Positions 32,438-37,716 of a stretch of 37,716 nucleotides of DNA are shown here, in pieces. Position numbers and translations under genes: made by a program. Source of the stretch: a virus; IMG/VR virus record IMGVR_UViG_3300045988_027439. One strand, 5' to 3'. Under the pieces are notes generated by a model. That model saw only the letters and a list, made by a program, of their open reading frames with translations. It did no database searches and was not told the DNA's origin. Position 1 is the first letter of the stretch. Each line of letters starts with the position of its first letter.

Positions 32438-33784
32438 CTAACGGCGGGAATAGCGGAGGCGTTCCCCCTCCGTTCCTCCCCCTGCTGCTTGCGCAGCGAT
32501 AGGCTGTTCTAAGAAAACGGACGCACCGATGTAACAGTCCGCAGCGCCCGCAGAAGAGCTCAAATGCAAGTAATCCGCACCACAGCCCTCGCCAGAGACA
32601 CAGTGACCGCCGACAAGGGCGACCGCAGTAATTCCGGCATTCCACCAAAAATAGTCACATGTGTATGTGCTACTGCTGCCACCTATTGAATTGACAATGC
32701 GTCCGAATCTGCTTGACTTTGTTCCTTTCTGATAACCGTTGCCGGATGATGTGAATGTGATTCCGACCTTTTCAAAGTCCTTTCCTGTCAGATTGTACGG
32801 AGGTGTCATTTTCGCAAGAATTTCTCCTCCGACCATCAACAGACCGTTGATTCTATCCCAACGGTTGCCCCACCATTTTTCAATGTAGAACACTTTGACC
32901 TCATGGGTCGTGTCCTTATAACCGAAAAACTGTCCTTTGTTTGTCAATGTTCCGGTCGCAAGGTGTCCGTAATTCTGTGACGCATTATCAACATATCCGG
33001 ATGTCTGACCCTGTCCTAATGCAGTCTGCGAATTGTCTGTCTTTGACATAATCTTGAGCATACAATTCAACAAGTTTCGTTTGCTCCATGAGCCGATATT
33101 CCATCCCGCACCGTTTGCCTTTGCTCTTGCGATCTCTGTTGATGCGTTTGTATTATACATGAGTGCCTGTCCTGCAAGTGAGCGGATGCGTGTTCCATCA
33201 TACGAACCGCCAAACATCGGGAAATAGAGTTTGTCCGCATGTGAACCGTCCTCTCTGACATATGCGTCATCGTTGTATGATTCATCGTACTGGACATTTG
33301 AAATAATCATGTACTCATAGTTTCCGACTTCAAACTGCGAGAGCCAAATCTTGCCCTTGTCACCGCTGCCATCGAATACACTCATTGCATTTCCTCCGTA
33401 TGCCGTGTTTGAGACATCGGATGCCGTTTTTCCGTCTGCTTTCTTTGTGTGGTCGTTCGGGTCGAGTTTATAATCTTCTGTACCGTCATATTTGACCATT
33501 GCCGGATAATTGTTCTTTACAAAAAAGACGTTTCCCCAGTCTCCAAAATCGAACCGTCCGGCAGAATAATTCATCGCAGCGGGTGTCATTCCCACCGCAT
33601 CGAAAAGATATGTGCATCGTGTTGCCGGATTGCTGTCATTTTTGTTGATTTTCATTCCGTAACGCTTTACACCCTTTATTCTTACGTCTTCCCCGACTGC
33701 TGCCAGTATAGCGTTTGTATTCGCATATGTGCGGTCGAGTGTTTCTTTGTCTGCTACTTTTACAATTACGTCTCCGCTTGCCAT
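32438..33784 (-). CDS. DGR target protein: putative receptor-binding tail fibre with a C-terminal variable region
   Basis: 448 aa. The VR encodes AVALVGGHCVSGEGCGADYLHLSSSAGAADCYIGASVF, whereas the TR template encodes AVALVGGGCINGEYCGADCLNLSTSAGAANCYIGASNF. GGAGG lies 8 nt upstream. Located in the fibre module. Confidence 0.85.
   Translation of the reverse strand: MASGDVIVKVADKETLDRTYANTNAILAAVGEDVRIKGVKRYGMKINKNDSNPATRCTYLFDAVGMTPAAMNYSAGRFDFGDWGNVFFVKNNYPAMVKYDGTEDYKLDPNDHTKKADGKTASDVSNTAYGGNAMSVFDGSGDKGKIWLSQFEVGNYEYMIISNVQYDESYNDDAYVREDGSHADKLYFPMFGGSYDGTRIRSLAGQALMYNTNASTEIARAKANGAGWNIGSWSKRNLLNCMLKIMSKTDNSQTALGQGQTSGYVDNASQNYGHLATGTLTNKGQFFGYKDTTHEVKVFYIEKWWGNRWDRINGLLMVGGEILAKMTPPYNLTGKDFEKVGITFTSSGNGYQKGTKSSRFGRIVNSIGGSSSTYTCDYFWWNAGITAVALVGGHCVSGEGCGADYLHLSSSAGAADCYIGASVFLEQPIAAQAAGGGTEGERLRYSRR
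32511..32628 (-). repeat. DGR variable repeat (VR) at the 3' end of the target gene
   Basis: There are 14 mismatches to the TR. Nine are at TR adenines (plus-strand VR positions 32517, 32518, 32539, 32557, 32566, 32586, 32595, 32596, 32599). Five are at non-adenines (32571, 32582, 32587, 32604, 32605). Confidence 0.9.
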
Positions 33785-33787
33785 GTG

Positions 33788-34219
33788 TTAAGCCTCCCTT
33801 ATCGTCAAAATTCCATCCTCAACCGTGAGGACACATGTTTTCTTTGTGACGGTATCAACCATAGTGTTGAGACCGTTCACAATGCCTTGACACGCTTTTG
33901 CTGCTGCACTCGCTGTCAACGCTGCATTGTTTGCCGTTGCTGCTGCACCGTTTGCACTGTTCGTCGCCTCCGTCATGTTCTTACTGAAATTGTTCACGGT
34001 GTTCATATATCCCTGTGTCAATGTCAGTATTTCCTCATAACGGGCATTGTTAACGATAATCGGCAGGTCAAAAAATTTCTTTTTACCATCTCCCTGTCTG
34101 ATTTGATAATGACCGGATGTGTCAATCTCAACTCCGATTTCTCTTTCCTTGAGAATCAGAGTGTCCTCAACTGCTTTCCAGTCTGCCGTTGTTCCGGTGC
34201 ATGGTCTGATTGCTGCCAT
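33788..34219 (-). CDS. Tail-fibre-associated protein with an Mtd_N / hyaluronidase-N-like motif
   Basis: GTTADWKAVEDTLILKEREIGVEIDTSGHYQIRQGDGKKKFFDLP resembles the W..NP.L..GE.G.E.DT...KIGDG..W..LP motif of major-tropism-determinant N-terminal domains. Confidence 0.5.
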   Translation of the reverse strand: MAAIRPCTGTTADWKAVEDTLILKEREIGVEIDTSGHYQIRQGDGKKKFFDLPIIVNNARYEEILTLTQGYMNTVNNFSKNMTEATNSANGAAATANNAALTASAAAKACQGIVNGLNTMVDTVTKKTCVLTVEDGILTIREA

Positions 34220-34309
34220 TGTTCAACCTCCTTTGCTCCGTGATTATGGAATATATCACACAATCACTCCTTTGTGTTCGTTTCGCCGTCTGTTTCCAGT
34301 ATCATGGAA

Positions 34310-35371
34310 TTATACTGCTAATTGTCGGGAGGTCGGCGTTCCTCCGTCAAAATCAACGCCCTCATTCGCATTTCTGACCTGTGGCGTTGCTCCGTCAATG
34401 AATACCGGTGTCACCGTTCGCAGATACGGCGTTTCTCCGTCACAATCAAGATACATGCTCGAATATAACGCCTCTGCACGGTTGAAATAGTCCTGCACAC
34501 TCTCAAGGATTTTTTCTGCTGATGCAAGCAGTGAATTTTGAATCGTGTCATCAATATCCTTTTTGTCCTGCTCGACCTGTTTCTTTGCCTCTGCAACTGC
34601 TGTCTGCATCTGTGACACATCCTGTCGAATCTGTGTCGCCGTGTTCAATGTCGCCTCAAGCTGCTCTTGATTCTGCAATGCGTCCTCTGCCCGCTCTGTG
34701 ACCTCTTTGCAGGCTGTCGTCGCCCTCTTGGATTCATCCGTTGCATCGTTCGTATTCTTGACCGCCTGTGAGGTGTCCTGCTGCCTCTGCTGTTCCTGTT
34801 GGATGCGGGTGTTTTCATTCTGCTGTCGATTATTCTCTGCTGTCGCTCTTGCCTGTTCTGCTTTTACTCTCGCATTTTCTGCGGTCACTCTTGCCTGTTC
34901 CGCTTTCTTGACTGCCTCATTCGTGCTGTCAATACTCTCAATGTGACCCTTGACACGATTCTCAAGTTCTGTGAACTCATTCGCTGATAGAATCGCATTG
35001 TCGTTCCTCTGCGACGGTTCAATCTCCATTGTGAACGATGCGGATGTGATAACCTGTGAATCGTCACTCGTCCGGATTTCAATGTCACAATACGCCGTTC
35101 CGGAGGCTGCAAGTGCTTGATTTGTCAGTTCGACCGTCACATCCGAACCGGAATATGTACATGTGTTATACACATGTTTCCCGTCCGGCTTTGCAATATT
35201 GATGACCACTCTCGACCCTGTCGGGATTGTGTACGCTTCACCGTTATTGAGTAATTTCGCAATGATGAATCGTGTTGCCTTGTCTCCCTGCTTTACAGAT
35301 ACTAAATATCTTTTCGTGTCTCCGGACATCTCAAGATTGATGTATGTTATCAATTTCGTCAACGCTGCCAT
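34310..35371 (-). CDS. BppU-family baseplate upper protein with a long coiled coil
   Basis: The N-terminus (KQGDKATRFIIAKLLNNGEAYTIPTGSRVVINIAKPDGKHVYN...GTAYCDIEI) matches the BppU_N pattern. The middle is Q/E-rich coiled coil. Confidence 0.6.
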   Translation of the reverse strand: MAALTKLITYINLEMSGDTKRYLVSVKQGDKATRFIIAKLLNNGEAYTIPTGSRVVINIAKPDGKHVYNTCTYSGSDVTVELTNQALAASGTAYCDIEIRTSDDSQVITSASFTMEIEPSQRNDNAILSANEFTELENRVKGHIESIDSTNEAVKKAEQARVTAENARVKAEQARATAENNRQQNENTRIQQEQQRQQDTSQAVKNTNDATDESKRATTACKEVTERAEDALQNQEQLEATLNTATQIRQDVSQMQTAVAEAKKQVEQDKKDIDDTIQNSLLASAEKILESVQDYFNRAEALYSSMYLDCDGETPYLRTVTPVFIDGATPQVRNANEGVDFDGGTPTSRQLAV

Positions 35372-35400
35372 GCTCTCGCCTCCTCTCGGTGCTGCCTCTT

Positions 35401-35607
35401 TTATTCTCCCTGTTCCTCAATCCAGTCATTGATGAATTTTTTCAGCCAATCAATATGGCTTTGTGCCTCCTCGCTCAAAACCGTCATGCTGCCTTTGTTG
35501 TTGTCACTGGTGGTTTTTCCGCTGTCGGTCATTTCCGTGTATGTGAACCCCAGTCGCTGCCCCTGTGCTGCATTTGTGGCGTTGAATCCTGTGATAACTC
35601 GTCTCAT
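35401..35607 (-). CDS. Hypothetical small protein (68 aa)
   Basis: ATGA-coupled to the tail-tip gene. GGAGG lies 7 nt upstream. Confidence 0.5.
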   Translation of the reverse strand: MRRVITGFNATNAAQGQRLGFTYTEMTDSGKTTSDNNKGSMTVLSEEAQSHIDWLKKFINDWIEEQGE

Positions 35608-37716
35608 TCTGATTCCTCCATTCTTTCAATTATTCGGTTTTGTTCTTCCTGTACTTCGATTTCATCCTTTTCCATCTCATACAGTAACATCATCTGATTT
35701 CTCATTTGCTCATTGAGCATTTCCTGCTCCTCTGCCGTTATATCTTCTTTTTCCGTTATATCAGACTGTTCAATCCTTGTGTCTCTGTTTCCCTTTTGTC
35801 TTGTCTTTACTTCCCAGTAAAATTCAAGTTTCGGTGTGCCTTTTACTACAAAATAACCGTCTTTTTCATTTGTTGATTCAACGTATAATCCGCCTGTTCC
35901 CTTTGCGGTGAGCATTACAATATATTTCATGTCTCTCTCTACTGTCAGCAGGAAATCATCATCAAGATACACATAGCATTGACCGTCCTCGTCAAGTTTT
36001 CCCGTTCCCATGTCTCCGAATGTAGGGGATGCCGTTTCATATGCGTACATCTCGATGTTCCGTCCGTCATCGGTGTGTATGATTCGCGTTTTCTTCCCTA
36101 AACATCCGATAGCTCCATACGCATATATATCATTATTCGCCGTGAATCCATATCCCCATAGAGTGCCACCGTCTTCACCGACATATATATTTTCCCCGAC
36201 ATATCCCAGTAACATGGAGTAATTGAGTTGTGACAATGTCCCTATTTTAAATTCACTATTGATGTACAATCCGGAATAAAATTTCGGCGATAGCGCAAAC
36301 ACATTCCCCACATTGGTGATTTCACAGTTTCCTCCAATGAGCAGCGAACCTCCTGTGATTGTTAACGCCTTTGTTTCTGCCGAACCGTCTGTGTTAATTT
36401 TAAAATTTGAGTTTGCCGTCACTGCTCCGTTCAAACTTATTTTTTCTGCATTTATCGACACTTTTTCTGCTGACTGATTGATTTTTGAGATAATCTCGTC
36501 ACTTCCGACTTTTTTTGAAACAGTTGATTCAATCGCATCCGCTTTTACTTTAATTGCAGAGTTCATTTCTTCCGTTGTGGAATACTCTGTCAACTTCTCG
36601 TCGGTCGCTGCATTAGCGTTCTTCTCCGCTGCATTGGCTGCATCCTGTGCCGTCTTATTCGCTGCGGTGATCTTCTCTGACACAGAGGTTTTTGTCTCAT
36701 AGGTCTTTGACACTCCTAAATTGATTTCATCGGCTTTCATGTCGATTGCCGATTTCATCTCCTCTGTGGTGGAATACTCTGTCAACTTCTCGTCGGTCGC
36801 TGCATTAGCGTTCTTCTCCGCTGCTGCAACTTTCTCCGATACAGTCTTTTTTGTTTCATACACCTGTGAAACGCCTAAACTGATCTCGTCTTTTGCTGCG
36901 GTGATATGTGATTCAACATCGCTTTTTGTGTAATATCCATCTTTCAACACCTTTTTTGTGTTGCTGTTGGCGATGGAAATTGCCTCCTCCGTAGCTGCTG
37001 CCGTTGCTTCTTTTTGAATATCCGCAAATGTTTTTCGTACATTTGAAATCTCAACCGTATTTTTTTTCGGTGTTTCCGGATATTCCGTAATTTTGACAAT
37101 TCTCTGTTTTTCTTTTGTTCGGGTTTTCTTTGACACAAGTGTGACCGTGTCTCCGATTCCGTATGAAAGAATGTCTTTGTACTCCTCTGACGCTTTCGCA
37201 AGGTCAACAACCTCCGCAGTATATGCCTTGTACGGTCGTGACATTTCCTCAATCTTTGCCGTCGCATCCTCAATCAGACTTGTGGTGTTGGTGTATCGTT
37301 CATCTTTCCACACATACGCCTTGACTTTGGAGCTATACTGAAAATTATCGATGTAATCTTTTCCGGTCAACCATTCCGGTGTGATGCCGTCTTTGCCAAT
37401 CGGATAGATTCTTGTATAAAAATCATAAGTGTCGGATTTCAAAGATATTTTTCGGAGGTTTATCCCCTCTATGAAATAGCAGCCTTTATCACTGCCTATT
37501 CTTTCGTAAATATTCACCGTTTTATTGATTGAATCAATGATACATTCGCACCTATATGTTGATAGGCACTTTTGCAGGACATCCCACGCCGTGATGTTCT
37601 CCTGCTCGTCAATGGTTCTTTTTTTTGTGACCGTGCATGTTCCAACATGCCACCCCGTACCCTCGAACGCAAACTCAAGACATGCTCTGATTGTCTGTTC
37701 ATCCGATTCAAAGCCA
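35604..37716 (-). CDS. Tail-tip / minor structural protein (tail endopeptidase-like), C-terminal part of the junction-spanning gene
   Basis: The frame stays open upstream of the track's GTG (37517) through to the window end and joins 1..368. IYERIGSDKGCYFIEGINLRKISLKSDTYDFYTRIYPIGKDGITPEW is typical of the siphovirus minor structural / tail endopeptidase N-terminal region. Confidence 0.8.
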   Translation of the reverse strand, partial: GFESDEQTIRACLEFAFEGTGWHVGTCTVTKKRTIDEQENITAWDVLQKCLSTYRCECIIDSINKTVNIYERIGSDKGCYFIEGINLRKISLKSDTYDFYTRIYPIGKDGITPEWLTGKDYIDNFQYSSKVKAYVWKDERYTNTTSLIEDATAKIEEMSRPYKAYTAEVVDLAKASEEYKDILSYGIGDTVTLVSKKTRTKEKQRIVKITEYPETPKKNTVEISNVRKTFADIQKEATAAATEEAISIANSNTKKVLKDGYYTKSDVESHITAAKDEISLGVSQVYETKKTVSEKVAAAEKNANAATDEKLTEYSTTEEMKSAIDMKADEINLGVSKTYETKTSVSEKITAANKTAQDAANAAEKNANAATDEKLTEYSTTEEMNSAIKVKADAIESTVSKKVGSDEIISKINQSAEKVSINAEKISLNGAVTANSNFKINTDGSAETKALTITGGSLLIGGNCEITNVGNVFALSPKFYSGLYINSEFKIGTLSQLNYSMLLGYVGENIYVGEDGGTLWGYGFTANNDIYAYGAIGCLGKKTRIIHTDDGRNIEMYAYETASPTFGDMGTGKLDEDGQCYVYLDDDFLLTVERDMKYIVMLTAKGTGGLYVESTNEKDGYFVVKGTPKLEFYWEVKTRQKGNRDTRIEQSDITEKEDITAEEQEMLNEQMRNQMMLLYEMEKDEIEVQEEQNRIIERMEESE
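36577..36824 (-). repeat. Internal 192-bp (64-aa) direct repeat in the tail-tip gene
   Basis: gtggaatactctgtcaacttctcgtcggtcgctgcattagcgttcttctccgctgc occurs at 36577 and 36769. The protein repeat is AAEKNANAATDEKLTEYSTTEEM(K/N)SAI. Confidence 0.85.
37618..37716. repeat. Terminal overlap copy 2 (identical to 1..99)
   Basis: Same as copy 1. The 99-nt length is typical of a de Bruijn k-mer overlap on a circular contig rather than a biological terminal repeat (inference). Confidence 0.95.

Larger units (their letters stand above)
1..37617. mobile_element. Complete circular temperate siphovirus-type phage genome (unique length 37,617 bp)
   Basis: Full set of packaging, HK97-type head, long non-contractile tail (tape measure, Dit), lysis, integrase/repressor and replication genes. 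The exact 99-nt overlap of the window ends closes the circle. Confidence 0.85.

Noticed and set aside
32169-32648. Two similar Cys/Arg-rich ORFs (32169..32390 and 32397..32648) that look like a paralogous small-protein pair
   Set aside because: They are out-of-frame translations of the DGR TR and VR. The VR is read in a different frame as the C-terminus of the 448-aa target gene, and the TR is non-coding.
37514-37711. 65-aa minus-strand ORF at the window end, and the plus-strand ORFs 10..216 and 30..233
   Set aside because: They are in the wrong frame or on the wrong strand relative to the junction-spanning tail gene, and they are artefacts of linearising a circular genome.
1-37716. Search for tRNA, rRNA and CRISPR features, and for a retron- or group-II-intron-type context around the RT
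   Set aside because: I saw no cloverleaf-like or rRNA-like segments and no repeat-spacer arrays. The RT lacks an intron maturase/endonuclease context, and the TR/VR pair explains it as a DGR.

Overview
The window is a complete, circularly closed temperate siphovirus-type phage (or excised prophage) genome. Its first 99 nt recur exactly at the end (1..99 = 37618..37716), so the unique length is 37,617 bp, and one tail gene reads across the junction. Almost every gene is on the minus strand and is preceded by a strong AGGAGG-type Shine-Dalgarno, which suggests a Bacillota/Clostridia-like host (inference). In minus-strand transcription order the modules are as follows. (1) Early/replication, 24274->14183: small membrane and HTH proteins, an HUH rolling-circle Rep, a membrane-anchored SLT transglycosylase, VRR-NUC, ParA, a split C5-cytosine methyltransferase, a ParB-DUF3850 fusion, a frameshifted MazF/PemK toxin, SSB, and a sigma-r4-like late activator. 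(2) Packaging and head, 13956->7181: HNH, TerS (P27), TerL, HK97 portal, ClpP-like protease, HK97 capsid, connectors. (3) Tail, 6837->1 and wrapping to 35604: major tail protein, G/GT chaperones with a -1 slippery site, TP901-type tape measure, Dit, and a 793-aa tail-tip protein. (4) Fibre module carrying a diversity-generating retroelement, 35371->30739: BppU, an Mtd_N-like protein, a 448-aa target gene with a 3' VR, the TR, and a DGR-type reverse transcriptase. (5) Lysis, 30830->27163: XkdX-like protein, several membrane/holin proteins, an endolysin with two CW_7 repeats, and an SH3-like protein. The plus strand carries the lysogeny genes: a CI-like XRE repressor, a tyrosine integrase, an RHH protein and a repeat-rich putative attP. 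The most notable element is the compact, apparently Avd-less DGR aimed at the tail fibre. Its TR and VR differ at 14 of 118 positions: 9 of the 16 TR adenines are substituted, against 5 of the 102 other positions. Other points worth follow-up are two frameshift-interrupted genes (MazF at a G8 tract; the methyltransferase at an A_AAT_TTG heptamer), a candidate antisense sRNA upstream of rep, plasmid-type functions (RCR Rep, ParA, ParB) alongside an integrase, and several operator-like repeat arrays. All calls come from reading the sequence and recalling motifs; no database search was run.
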